NCBI GenBank assembly: GCA_047495785.1
Contig: JBLDXI010000002.1
Span: 930,001 to 994,000 of the forward strand
DNA length: 64,000 nt
DNA from: Lepidodermella squamata
Lineage: Eukaryota > Animalia > Gastrotricha
Direction of reading: 5' to 3'
Shown: positions 36,414-48,078 of the stretch, piece after piece
Layout: each line of letters starts with the position of its first letter
Position numbering within the stretch: position 1 is the first letter of the stretch
Notes under the pieces: generated by a model
Told to the model about the DNA's origin: nothing
Seen by the model: only the letters and a program-made list of their open reading frames with translations
Database searches by the model: none
Program-made: the position numbers and the translations under genes

Positions 36414-36839
36414 ATGCACAGTGCAGATGTTTACGAGAATTTTTTGTTACATCAGGCCGGTTACGGTAACATTGAAGCCTTTCGAGGGCAGCAGATAGTA
36501 TTTCCATCGTATCAGTCTGGAGGTGGTTTTGGCAGTGCAGCCGTTGGTTTTTTGAGAAAGCATTTTATACCATTACTAGCTCCTATTTTCAAAAATATAA
36601 CGGCCACAACGGCCAATATTGCCCAGGATCTGATTGAGAAGAAGGGTGGTGACACGGGCGCAATATTCAAAGCAAGGGCTCTCGAAGGCGCAAAATCATT
36701 AGGAAAGGATGTACTTAGCTATGCCTCGAACCAAATCGGGTCTGGGGTGGCTAGGCGCAAGCGAAAGAGAAAAGTCGCCGCAACAAATCAACGCACTCGT
36801 GGTGGGAAACGCGGTAGATCAAGACGCGTTTTCATGTAA
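36414..36839 (+). CDS. Putative virion core protein with QxGxG motifs and Arg-rich tail
   Basis: QAGYG, QSGGG, QIGSG; C-terminal RRKRKRK..RGGKRGRSRR; lies between mCP and MCP. Confidence 0.7.
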   Translation: MHSADVYENFLLHQAGYGNIEAFRGQQIVFPSYQSGGGFGSAAVGFLRKHFIPLLAPIFKNITATTANIAQDLIEKKGGDTGAIFKARALEGAKSLGKDVLSYASNQIGSGVARRKRKRKVAATNQRTRGGKRGRSRRVFM

Positions 36840-36895
36840 AAAGTATATATAAAACACACTAGTGTGCAATCCTCATCGAATAGTATGCGCTAGCA

Positions 36896-38281
36896 ATGTT
36901 CATTCACCCGTCGTCTGAGAGCGCTCTTAGAGCTGAACTCGATGTGTTCAGTATAAGCCCGACACAGGTTGAAATAGAAGGAAACTACATCACAGAGTAT
37001 GCTCCAACATCGTCAATTGTAAATCAAACCCGCCTAGACTTCGATGTTTGTACTTCAAACGACTGGACAGACCTGAGTCGCAGTTACATTGAAATTCGGT
37101 GTAGAATCATCAACGGAACTGACGCAACAAAGAAAGTCGACGGTGACGTCGCTGCTATCAACCTGCTGTTGCATTCGATGTTTTCACAGGTCGACATGTT
37201 TCTCGGTAATACTCAAATCACGGAAAGTTCCCCGACCTACCCTTATCGCGCTCTAATATCGACGATACTTAGCTATGACATTGCAGCTAAGGAGACATAT
37301 CTACCTCTCCAGGGATATTACGCTGACGAGGCGGGGAAGCTCAATGATATGGTGAACTCGGCGACTGGGGTAGATCCTGTCACAACCATGTCCAACGGAT
37401 TCAAAGTTAGGAAGGAGGTATCAGCGAAGGGAACCACCATGCTACTTATCGGAAAGCCGGTAACTTATATATTTTATCATTTGAAATGTACATTTAATAA
37501 AAATGAATAAATATAGCATCTCGAAATGTTCAACCAGCCTAAATTTTTGGTACCTAACATGAGTTTCCGGCTGTCATTCATTCGATCGCCCGACTCATTC
37601 GTTTTGATGTACCCTGATTCGAGCAAGTCTTATAAATTGGAGATTTTAGACGCAAAGTTAATGATCAGACGTGTTCGGGTCACTCCGCAATACACGCTCG
37701 GCTTACAAAAAGCACTCCTAAAAACCAATTGTCGATATCCGTTGAATCGAAATTGGATCAAAACGGTCAACTTACAGAAAGGATCCTTCACGTACAACTT
37801 GTCAAATATCATAATTGGACGCATCCCGAGGCGAATGATTATGTGTCTTGTGAAAGATTCGGAAATGAAGGGATCTGCTCAAACTAATCCGTTCAATTTC
37901 ATTCACGCCAAATTACAGCGAATATCGGTATTCATAGATTCCGAGCAGGTAGTCAACAGCCCATTGGAACTTGACTATTCAACCGGTCAAGTTGCGCGAG
38001 GCCTTCACAGCTTGAACCAGTGTCTATTTCCCTATTCAAAGAAGAATAATGGCATCACCCTAAAAGAGTATTCAAAAGAGGGAGGCTATAATTTCTGGGG
38101 TTGGGATCTGAGCAGTGATAGTAGTAGAAGTTTGTTCAGCCTGGTTCGTACCGGGGTTTTACGTATCGATTTGGTGTTCGCAGAAGCACTAGCTGAAAAT
38201 TTGAATTTACTCCTCTACTTTGAATCCGATCAAATTCTGGAAATTACGTGGAATCGAGCTGTCGTGGTAGATTTTAGCTAA
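36896..38281 (+). CDS. Major capsid protein (double jelly-roll), 442 aa; intron 37460-37516
   Basis: ELDVF..PTQ, N.LHSMFSQVD, YPYRA, NPFNF motifs; the 57-bp GT-AG intron joins GKP|HLEMFNQPK. Confidence 0.93.
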
Positions 38282-38955
38282 TGTCAGCATTCGGACCGTA
38301 TAATGATAGGACAAGTAGTCTTAATTCTGTCCAACTTGAATGTATGCTAGCCTACGCAGATTGCTGTCTTCAGCATGTTCCTGTGAGGCGGGTGTTACCG
38401 TGGGATCACCTAATACACGGTTTCGCGTCGCATACTGTACGACCGATGGCATTCATTGTAAATACAGATGCTAGCGGCATGCCTGGGTCGCACTGGCTAG
38501 CAATTTACATCGGGTCTAACCCAGAAAATCCACCGCTGTTTTTCGATAGCTACGGGCAAAGTGCTGGCTATTATAATGCCGCGATTGAAAACTATTTAGA
38601 AACTATATCTGCAGCGCCTATTACGGCATACGAGTATAATACTAAATGCTGGCAAGCTCAGAAATCACGGGCATGCGGCTATTACTGTTACTACTTCTTA
38701 TATTTGGCGGCAAGAGGTGCTAGCCTAGAAATGATTTGCCGATTTTTAGCAACTGCCGCAGACCATCGTCAAACGACAGTAGATGAATTTGTGTACAATC
38801 AGGTGAATAAAATCATATATAAAATTCAAGCGGTGGTTGTAAATAGCAAGAATCGACAACGCAATTCGTGTTCTGCCCAGGAATGCAAGTCGCTGGCGGA
38901 GCACGGGCTGAGGTTGAGTTCGACCTTAGCCTGCAAGCGCCATTCACTAGTCTAA
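38281..38955 (+). CDS. Adenain-like cysteine maturation protease
   Basis: IVNTD...GSHW, FFDSYG, Q...CG.YC (His/Asp/Cys); ATG overlaps the MCP stop (TAATG). Confidence 0.92.
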   Translation: MSAFGPYNDRTSSLNSVQLECMLAYADCCLQHVPVRRVLPWDHLIHGFASHTVRPMAFIVNTDASGMPGSHWLAIYIGSNPENPPLFFDSYGQSAGYYNAAIENYLETISAAPITAYEYNTKCWQAQKSRACGYYCYYFLYLAARGASLEMICRFLATAADHRQTTVDEFVYNQVNKIIYKIQAVVVNSKNRQRNSCSAQECKSLAEHGLRLSSTLACKRHSLV

Positions 38956-39590
38956 TAATCGGTCCTAGCTCATCTGGTAAAACGCATCTAATCAGGCAGC
39001 TGTTAAATGACACAGATTCGATAACGCCGAGGCCCAATCGAATTATATGGTATCACGGAGTGACGCAACAGGTGCATGATGTCATTCGTCAAGAAGTGCT
39101 AGCTAGTCGCAAAATCGATATCGAATTTCGCACTAATGGGCTTGAAGACCTACATTTCGATGAATTTTCGACAACAGCTACGACAGCACCAGCCTCGCAC
39201 AGCTTACTTATAATTGATGACCTTTATGATGTAGCTAAAAATTCTGATAAGGTGGCGCAATTATTTTTCAAGTATTCTCATCATATGAATTTATCTGTTT
39301 TCCTAACTCAGAATAATATATATCCTAGAGGCAGTAGAAGTAAAGATATGGCTGTAAATACGCACTATTTGTTTTTGTTTCGTAATCGCGGTGATATGCG
39401 TCAATTCAGATACTTGGCAGGGCAAATTGAAAATAATTGGCGATTTCTAGTGGATGCATATGAGACTGAGACTGCAGAGAGTCATCACTACTTATTGATT
39501 GATCTAACACCCGGCTGCCCAGATTCATTGAGATACCGAACAGGGGTCGGATCTAAACCTGGAGTGGTGTACTTGCCTACTGAATCGTAA
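38883..39590 (+). CDS. A32/FtsK-like genome packaging ATPase
   Basis: Walker A GPSSSGKT, Walker B LIIDDL, SHH.N.S....QN motif. Confidence 0.92.
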   Translation: MQVAGGARAEVEFDLSLQAPFTSLIIGPSSSGKTHLIRQLLNDTDSITPRPNRIIWYHGVTQQVHDVIRQEVLASRKIDIEFRTNGLEDLHFDEFSTTATTAPASHSLLIIDDLYDVAKNSDKVAQLFFKYSHHMNLSVFLTQNNIYPRGSRSKDMAVNTHYLFLFRNRGDMRQFRYLAGQIENNWRFLVDAYETETAESHHYLLIDLTPGCPDSLRYRTGVGSKPGVVYLPTES

Positions 39591-39701
39591 AAATTTGATT
39601 ATCTTGAACGATGTGAAATAAATATGTATAAAGAAATAAACTTGCCGTTGTTTTTTCGCGTATTTCTATCTCTCTCTTGCACAGGTAACGTGTACACGCA
39701 C

Positions 39702-40136
39702 ATGCATCGCCAGGAAAGCAGTAAAAAGCAACGCACGTTAGGGTTCATCGAGCAGATAATTCAAGCTGGTAGCGATGAAAAACGGCGTCAGTTGTTATCT
39801 ATAGCTACAGATACTGTAATAAAAGTGATCACAGAAATTTGTATGAACATATTAGCTAAAAATCTCTCCGTGCCCGAGAGCGATGCAGTAAAATTTCGTA
39901 AAAATCGCGCGGCAATGAAACGCTTATGTCATTCCAATCGGTCAGTGTCCGCCAACCGCAGGTTACTGTGCAATCATGCGCCTCAGCGCGGCGGAGCAGC
40001 CATCGTGGTACCAATGCTCACAGCCGCTGCAAGTAAGTTTACTATGCGCGCGCAATTGAAATCTATATATAAAACGTATCACGCAGGTTTACTACCTAAA
40101 ATCATCGAATCAATCATTGCAGCTAGGTCGAAATAA
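39702..40136 (+). CDS. Polinton-type virion protein with QRGG site and amphipathic tail (probable in-frame intron 40033-40086)
   Basis: I.EIC.NIL...RRLL...QRGG pattern; 54-bp GTAAGT...GCAG intron candidate. Confidence 0.65.
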   Translation: MHRQESSKKQRTLGFIEQIIQAGSDEKRRQLLSIATDTVIKVITEICMNILAKNLSVPESDAVKFRKNRAAMKRLCHSNRSVSANRRLLCNHAPQRGGAAIVVPMLTAAASKFTMRAQLKSIYKTYHAGLLPKIIESIIAARSK

Positions 40137-40139
40137 GTG

Positions 40140-41246
40140 ATGGTACAGCCGCAGCAGCAAAAGAGAAAGTATGCTCGCAAATATGCACTCGTTCCCGTAG
40201 TCACCAGCACCACAGCAGTTGCGACGGCGCCGGCACAACAGCCGACAACAGCTGAGAATATCAGCGCAAAGCGACTGGCGCGTGAAGCTGTCGAACAGCC
40301 GCAAAAATCTCAGCTCAAAAATAAAGTTGAATCCTTGATCGACATTCTGTTTAGCGATGGCGGTGATGGTGGCGGCGATGGTGATGATAACGCGCGAGTT
40401 AAATTGCTCAAATTCGAATCCGCGTTCCGAGATTTTCATCGTATTGTCAATGAAATAAAAACACATGAAGATGCGCAGCAGAAACGTGAAGATGACGACG
40501 ACGGGCGCAGCAGAGCAGAAGCTGCCGCGACAATCGATGCACCGCAGCGCCGACAGCACCGACAACGACAGCGTCAACTGTCGACGTTGAGACAGGTACT
40601 TGGTCGGCGGCTATCTACTGTGATAAAGCAAGAACCACCGCCAGCGATTGATATATCGCCAATTGTCGACGCACAACAACAACAAAACAGACCGCCGCAG
40701 CAGCTCTCTACCTCGACACCGATCACCACAGCCGGGCCGGCGGGCGGGCGGGCGGCGGCGGGCGGGCCTCCGGCGGCGCCAAGTGTCGTAGCTGGCGATC
40801 TGATCAGAGAATCACCCATGTTCGATGAGGAGCGAATATTACGTGATTTTGCGAAGGCCCCACAAAAGCAACGTAAGGCTATTGCTGATGTTTTGTCGCA
40901 CTATCGAACAACTCGCCAGGATAATATCATTGTTACGGACAATAGCAGTAAGATTCGGCTAAAATCAGCTCCTATCAGTGACGCTATTGGCGTGAATGAA
41001 TTCATAGATCAAATAACATCTAAAAGTAGTAATAGTACTAGTAATGAGAAACGTGATAAAATACGAGCACTAGTTGCACACTCTGGGTTTACTTCACAGC
41101 AAATCGTGAACCCTGTTTTCCAGCGATCTATAATAAGTCTGCGCGGTGCCAGCGATGATGCAAACAGTAATAACATGCAAGTAGGAGGGAGTTATAGAAT
41201 TGGCAATGTTCTGTGGAAGCGATGGCGTCCAAGCAAAAGTAATTAG
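40140..41246 (+). CDS. Maverick hypothetical protein (low complexity, Trp-containing C-terminus)
   Basis: ~368-aa ORF closing the structural gene block; ends QVGG...WKRW. Confidence 0.65.
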   Translation: MVQPQQQKRKYARKYALVPVVTSTTAVATAPAQQPTTAENISAKRLAREAVEQPQKSQLKNKVESLIDILFSDGGDGGGDGDDNARVKLLKFESAFRDFHRIVNEIKTHEDAQQKREDDDDGRSRAEAAATIDAPQRRQHRQRQRQLSTLRQVLGRRLSTVIKQEPPPAIDISPIVDAQQQQNRPPQQLSTSTPITTAGPAGGRAAAGGPPAAPSVVAGDLIRESPMFDEERILRDFAKAPQKQRKAIADVLSHYRTTRQDNIIVTDNSSKIRLKSAPISDAIGVNEFIDQITSKSSNSTSNEKRDKIRALVAHSGFTSQQIVNPVFQRSIISLRGASDDANSNNMQVGGSYRIGNVLWKRWRPSKSN

Positions 41247-42506
41247 GAGACAAGGAAAACGATCGGCATTTGATACGGTTGATTATAACGATCGCACATG
41301 CTAGCATTTATGAAATTTGTTTTATCATTTCGCACTGAACCGTGTGCTATAAAATAAAAACTCGATATAAACCATGAATGTGTGTTTGTATGTTTTTCAA
41401 CTAGCCTTCATGAACATGGCCGAATACGTGAACAGCCAAGTTTAATCGATTGGCAACATGATTCGTCAGCGCCAAGCACCCGTAATGTTTGCCGCTCTCG
41501 GTGGCGTCAAGTACGCCTGCGCACGGGCCGTGGGTTAACAGAATGTCTGTGTTATCAGGTATTTGCTTCCATTTCTCATCGAGACTAGCTCCGCGAGTTA
41601 GCGTGAACGCACGATGAGCGGTGCAGCTGATTGGCGGATGTGGTGTCCTAAAGAAATAAAAAAAAAAAGATAGGAAGATAGATAGAAAGAAAGATTATAC
41701 CATGGCGATCCGTAGATTAACAGCCCGTTGACCCAAATAGAGTCATCCTGCAGGTAAGTGATATTATCCCCATAGTAGCGGCATGTCTCGTCCCAGATGA
41801 ATTTTGGATATTGCTGTAGCGACCGGTCGTGATTTCCAGCGATGAAAATGATGGATTGGAAATGAGGCGATAGTTTTCCCAATATTTTCAGAAACGCTAT
41901 GACCTCTTTACGACTACCGTAGCTAGTTGCATCGCCCGTATGTACCAGTACGTCTGCGTGCACTCGGTTTTGATCTGACAAGACGCTTTCGAAAAAATCC
42001 TCGCCGTGAGTATCAGAGATAGCGAGGAACTTTGTCCTCTTGTGGCTTGGCGAATAAACCATTCGCCTATCATCATCATTACCATCATTTGTCTGCTTGC
42101 GTCCGTCATTACGAAAGGCCCTGACGAGCATCAATGTACCGTCCATAACACGGCTCACACCGCCGAGAGCATCTTCGTAATCACCATTCTCGTCAACCGC
42201 TGATTGTAATGAGGCGACAAATTGGTTAAATGACTGCGCGGTTAAAAAAATATATAATATATATGACATTCATAGTATAAATATCACACATACCTTGTTC
42301 CCATGTATCAAAGTAAGGTAATTGATCGGTGATGTCAAGTCCTTCGGGCTGGTCCAGCAAACGCCCTTCTCCGGTATATCAGTGTCATCATACGAGTCGT
42401 CTGAATCAATGCCATCCATCGGCCATGCCTCATCGTCGTCGTCGTCACTACAGCGGAATACAGGTGCGTTTAATAATTCCATCTTTGCGAGAGAGCGCTC
42501 ATCCAT
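41243..42506 (-). CDS. MPPED-like calcineurin-fold metallophosphoesterase (exons 42506-42294, 42233-41701, 41647-~41401, possible last exon 41346-41243)
   Basis: ISDTH, HTGD, GNHD, YGSPW, THGP and FGHVHE motifs; GT-AG introns of 60 and 53 bp; last junction unresolved. Confidence 0.85.
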
Positions 42507-42661
42507 CTTTGCGAGCACGAGAGCACGAGAGAGAAACAAAATATTAATTAATATTAGCCTAAAATAAATAAAAATGTCAAAATAATAGTATATACATTTT
42601 ATTATTTACCCGCATGCACAATCGCAAACACAATAGGCGTTTATTTTTTAGGCGCGCATTT

Positions 42662-43225
42662 TTATTCGTCATCGATGATAATTACAGCCGACGGTGAATT
42701 TGGCGCTCTAACATCACGGCGCAACTTTTTATTTCGGCGCTGCTTAGTCATCGACGCAGCCGTGCAACCACGCTGTTTAGCATGCGGCGCCATCGAACAC
42801 TGTTCTGCCATTGTGCTGGTACCGACTGTAGGAGCAGCCGAAGTAGATGTGAATATACAATCTCGTTCATGTATAGCCAAAGTATTACGCGAGAAGGCGC
42901 CTTTACATCCGTTTCCTACGAATTTACAGCTAAATCGAAGGCGTTCATTAACCAGTTGCTTGACGATTCGTGGCGCAGGTTCGATGTCGAATAGCGTATG
43001 ATCACTACGACAAGTTGGACATTGGCGAATTGCGAAAATTGAAATCCTTGTACCATTAGGCTCCACGTCTTTTCTCAGAGCCATCATCATGCATTTCTCA
43101 CAGAAACAATGTCCGCACGCGTTGATGATGACTGGGTTTTCGAATAAACCCAGACATATAGCGCACTTAAGTTCTTCAATCGCATCAAGAGTGGATACAC
43201 ATCGGGATACCAAATCCTGCTCCAT
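42662..43225 (-). CDS. RING finger (C3HC4) + TRAF-type zinc finger, putative E3 ubiquitin ligase
   Basis: CAIC...CGHCFCEKC...CPTCR followed by C....GC.......H...C; basic C-terminal NLS-like segment. Confidence 0.85.
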   Translation of the reverse strand: MEQDLVSRCVSTLDAIEELKCAICLGLFENPVIINACGHCFCEKCMMMALRKDVEPNGTRISIFAIRQCPTCRSDHTLFDIEPAPRIVKQLVNERLRFSCKFVGNGCKGAFSRNTLAIHERDCIFTSTSAAPTVGTSTMAEQCSMAPHAKQRGCTAASMTKQRRNKKLRRDVRAPNSPSAVIIIDDE

Positions 43226-43319
43226 GTCTCCGATCAGTGGTGAAGATAATATATATTACTAATGATCACTACGATTAATATATATAACATGTATTAACAC
43301 GGTATTAACGCGGTTATTA

Positions 43320-46300
43320 TTATTTGGGTTTATAGCCATATGGAACAGAGTCGTACGTATTCTTGTCAAAAACACGCTTGTTGAGCTGCGGTTTCAGCCT
43401 TTTCTTTACGTTAACCAATTGAACACCAGCAGGAGCTTGAAATCGACGGAAAAATGTTTGATCCATGGATAGGTAATTAGCACCACGTGTCGCTGAATTA
43501 GCATACTCACTGTCAAAGTAAGACGCTAACAGCTCAATTAAGGAATCATGCGAGATTTCATGCTGATTGCTGAATGTTTGAGTCAGCCCTGATTGTGCGC
43601 GCGGCCATTATCATGTGTCGTAAATTATTATTAATACGCATACTTACCTTTTGCCTTGCTTATTACCTTGCCTGATGACAGTGTTAAACAGTAAGTCTTA
43701 CACGCGATTGATGTGAATTCAAGAATGCATTCACCTAGTCCTATTTCACTTTTCCACTCGCCTAAATGATAACTCTCAGGAATCGGATCGATCTCACCTT
43801 CGTCAAGGTAATAGATCAGGGAATCAGCTAGTTTGAGAGCGAGCGAGATACATATATAATATATATTTATAGAAAATATAATAACGTACTATCCGTATAA
43901 AGTAGTCTGTTACCGAGTTTGACCATGTTCTCGTGCAGAAGAATTCTACTGTACGCGGTTATCATACTGGCGATAACTGGATTGGTCGTGGCCTTAGAAA
44001 CCTCGCAGTCCTCAGCATCTGAGAATGAAACACGAGCCCTCTCGCACCCACCTGTTGGTCCGACGATATCGACTGATTGAACTGATTTATTTGTGCTTGA
44101 CATAAGTTCAATCAACTGGCTTGGATCTTCTAAATATACAACCTCCTGGTTACCCTCGCGCAGGGCAAAGCGACCAAACGATGCATTACTCAAAAGCTTA
44201 GCCACAGATCGAAGAGGTGGATTTGGAGAGTTAAGCTGCTGTTTATCTAGAGTGAAATTATATCTCTCCTGGCATTCGCGTATAAATGTATCTATATCAA
44301 TATTTTCCGGTAATGCTGAGTTTTCCATCTTGGACTTTTGTAAATCGAGCACAAGCTTGTCAAAGTTCAAATTCGACCTTTGTTTCCAAGACCATGCCTC
44401 GTAAATAGTGATCAGTTTATAGCCGCAATTTTCAATGGCATATGTCACCTCAGGAGTTGTCCAGGCTGATGTAAGAGCCCTCTGCTCCTCATCATGTTGA
44501 CAATCGAGTGTTGTTACACACTCAGATGCGCAAGTGAAACAATTAGTGAAAACAAAACGAGAGGACGCACCACATCCGATCTTAATTCCTAGAGCTGGGA
44601 TCAAATTCGAGGGGTCTGGTAATATTTTACAATATAAAACGCCGAATAATTTGAGAGACTCATCTTGACTATAAAATCGAGCTTTTAAAGCTTCATCGTT
44701 CAGTCTGAGTCGAAGGACATCATGGTCGATTTCGCCTTGAATGTAAACTTGCGAGAACATGGAATAGGCATACGATGAGTTCAGATCTTTAATAAGAATT
44801 TTTCGAGTTTTTCCATCAACTTTCATGTGGCATTTCAAGACTTCAACTCTACCTCCACTTAAACTAGATCTGGCTTTAAGCGGGGGAATTATTTTAAATT
44901 TAGAGTTTAATTCACTAGAAATAGATTGGTTTTCAGAGAGAAATCGTTTCCATTGGCAGGTGGTTTGAACTCTCAGGCTGTACCCGCTCTCTCTAATTGC
45001 CTGATGCCTCATTTGACTCTTATAGTTCAACTTACCATACGTAGTTCGCATTAATGTTGAGTAGGAGTTGGAATCAAAACAATCGGAACAGCCGTGAATA
45101 TGGCACGAGTCGAACTCTAGTACTTCAAGAATCTTACCTGAATCGATATGTCTTACAGCTCCGTCTACTTTAATCCAATTTCCATTAGCTAGTCTAAGAG
45201 TCACCTCTCGCCCGTTTTCACTACTATCTATCCTATGATAAGCCGGTGTTGCTTGAGATGATAGAAAATGTATCCATTGTCGACATTGAACACTAGTTGA
45301 GTCAAGTAAGCAATAGCCAGAGATGGGAATGTACTGAATGCTATCGGCGGACATGTATTTAAGCTTATACAGCGCATGAGCTATCGAGCTTATGGTACAA
45401 TGCGCGGCCAATGCATTGATACCAGCTGGAGCTTTCGGACAGATTGAAAGGTCGCGAAATAGCTTGTTAAATCGAGTCATTGCTAATCGCATGACTGCTA
45501 CGTCGATTGCTGTGTATTCCGTGATTTCATCGTGAAAATTAAATGGCTGGCCTAATCTTCGCTTTTTATCGATCATATTGCGCAAATCTACGACATCTTG
45601 CTCATTTTTGATTTTCGATGTGTCATAGGCTGAAATATTAGGCCACGGGTCTATAGTGTTATTTCCAGGCTTGAAACACTCAACTGTGTGAATGAGATGG
45701 GGAAATATACCTTTTCGAATTTTCATTTCAGGTAAAAATGCCGGCCCGAGCTTACTCACACTTGTATGCACAAATGAATAGCCGTCTATAAAACGCGGAC
45801 CTAGCCGACCTATGCGTAATTCTAATATGGACCCATTGCGAAACAAGGTGTTTAATTTTAATCCAGAATCTTGAGCCACCCTAGCAACTAAGAGCTGGTC
45901 AAATTTAGATCCGAACCAGCTTACGTATGTTATCCCACTCAATTGCTCCTGCATGATGTGCTTTACAAATTGGGTCATTGCATCTACTCGATTAATATAA
46001 TCGTAATAGAAAAATAACTGGTGGCACTCGCATACACCTGGATATACTGGGCTTCGGTCACTTGGATAATCGACTGCTTCGAAATTTTCACATTTGTTGC
46101 AGCTGAATTGGCAACAAACGACGGACGGAACAAAGTAGTTATTTTCATCTCGGAAAGTCTCCGTGTCAAACCACCCGAATTTATAGGTCGATCGCTCTTT
46201 CGGTGGGAAGGCCTGCCAATAACATACTCGATGGTCGCGAAAATTTCCATCGATAATTATACCGCATTGTGGGCATTTTTTACCACCTCGGCATCGATGA

Positions 46301-47790
46301 GCGGCTAGGTGCTTTCTAGTCAGCGTTTTACTACATTTTTCACAGCGAGCGTAGTTGGCACATGTCTTATTTTTAAGATGGTTGCTGTAGCATTGTGCTG
46401 AGAAATACAACCTATTACAACTAGCGCAATGAATCTTCGATTCATCGTCTAAATAACTACTACATCTGACCCACGATCGACGCTGGACTAGAGTCGCAGG
46501 TGACAGTATATTACTGGGGTCAGTGTGACTCGTCCGAGTAGGCTCTAGGCACGCCCGACATCGGAAGCGACACGCATGGCTTAGTTTTGTATTTACTACA
46601 GTATAACACTCAGTACATAATACACGACCTCTCATAAGTTGTGATGGAATATTTTTCAAGCCGCCGTAGTGGCCGAACGTCCTACCCATAAGCTTCGGGC
46701 TAATGTAAACTAGGTAAAACTTTTTCGTATAGCTGGTTTTCTTAACATCTGGGTAGCTATAGCATATTGCTCTCTGTTCTAAATCATATACTAAAACTTG
46801 CCATTTGTCGAATCTATTATAATATTGAAGAATTCGTTCAAGCGTGTCGATACCATAGCTCTCAGCTGTGGGATCTATACCAGCTTTGTTCATAAGATCC
46901 AGCGCAACGCTTCTTAACAATGCCGCATTTTTGATGAGGCGAAAATATATCCGCCCTTTTTCTTCGAGGTATGGATGTAATATGTACATGAGCATATCTT
47001 TCGCGCGCTTTTTACGATATAAAAGAAATTCAGCGTATGCGCGTGCTAATATTATTGCGTAAATAAGACAATAATTTGAATCATCCTCTGGTGTTTTGAT
47101 GTAACCCGATAGGCTCTCGACCCAGTTCGTTAATTTTTGCTCTAGTAGCGGACGACGGCGTGTTACAGAACGTCCGCGACCCATCATTTGCTTAGCTGTC
47201 GTCTCCGCGTCAGATGAGTTCTGAATTTTCAGTCTTTTATCTGCTACGGTGGAGATGCCGGCGCCATCGATAATAGCTGTAGTAGAATTACGCTTTTTCA
47301 CATTGGAGCTATCAGCACTGCTGTTGTTATTTTCTGCTAGTATAACACGCGCAAATACTGAAAAATGCTGTTGACCTGCTGCGACGTGATCATTCGATTG
47401 AACAACTCGCTCTATCCTATTCAAAATCACGTCTCCAGACAGTTTTGCTATCTGGATATACTCCATATCGACTGGATATCGTAAATCAGGATTATCTAGT
47501 TGTAATTTGCATATATCACGCTCGTTGAACTTTGAACGTAAATATGTGACGATTTCTTCAAAATTAGCGTGAATTTTTTCGTAGAATAGCTTCAGATCTA
47601 TTGCTGGCTTTTTGTCCTGCTTAACCCCGGCGGTGCTACTACGGCCATATCCGTGTTGTTGGGCGCTGACTAGAATATTAGCTACGTCCTCGCAGTTTTC
47701 ATACTCAGGTAGTTCCAGGGTGAATGAAAAAGATATTAGACCGAATTTCTGCGAATGTATCACACATGGCGTGACATTTTTTATGGCCAT
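43320..47790 (-). CDS. Protein-primed family B DNA polymerase, 1449 aa (exons 47790-43890, 43827-43648, 43588-43320)
   Basis: ExoI FDTET, ExoII FD, ExoIII YTAID, GGRVE, DLNSSY, K..SN..FG, spliced YTDTDS and KAKG, terminal PYGY; OTU-like C/H region and internal Vsr-like VDG..EF..C..HGC domain. Confidence 0.95.
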
Positions 47791-48078
47791 TCATAATTTC
47801 TACTATTTAAAATTTTCTATATAAAGTTTAATTTTGTCCTTACTAATATCACCTCTCTTAACTGTAAAACACACATTAAAAAAAAAAAAACACACACGCA
47901 GGTTATTTCAACAGGGTAAATTGAGATTTATTAGTAGATCAGACCGAGTAAGATAAAAGACGAGAGCAGCAGCGTCATGCATGTTTTTCAGGGAAAATGG
48001 GTGATTACAAAACATTGTGTTACGTTATTATTATTATCGAGTCGTGTGCCGCGAACAGCTGGGGCAACGCCAACCACG

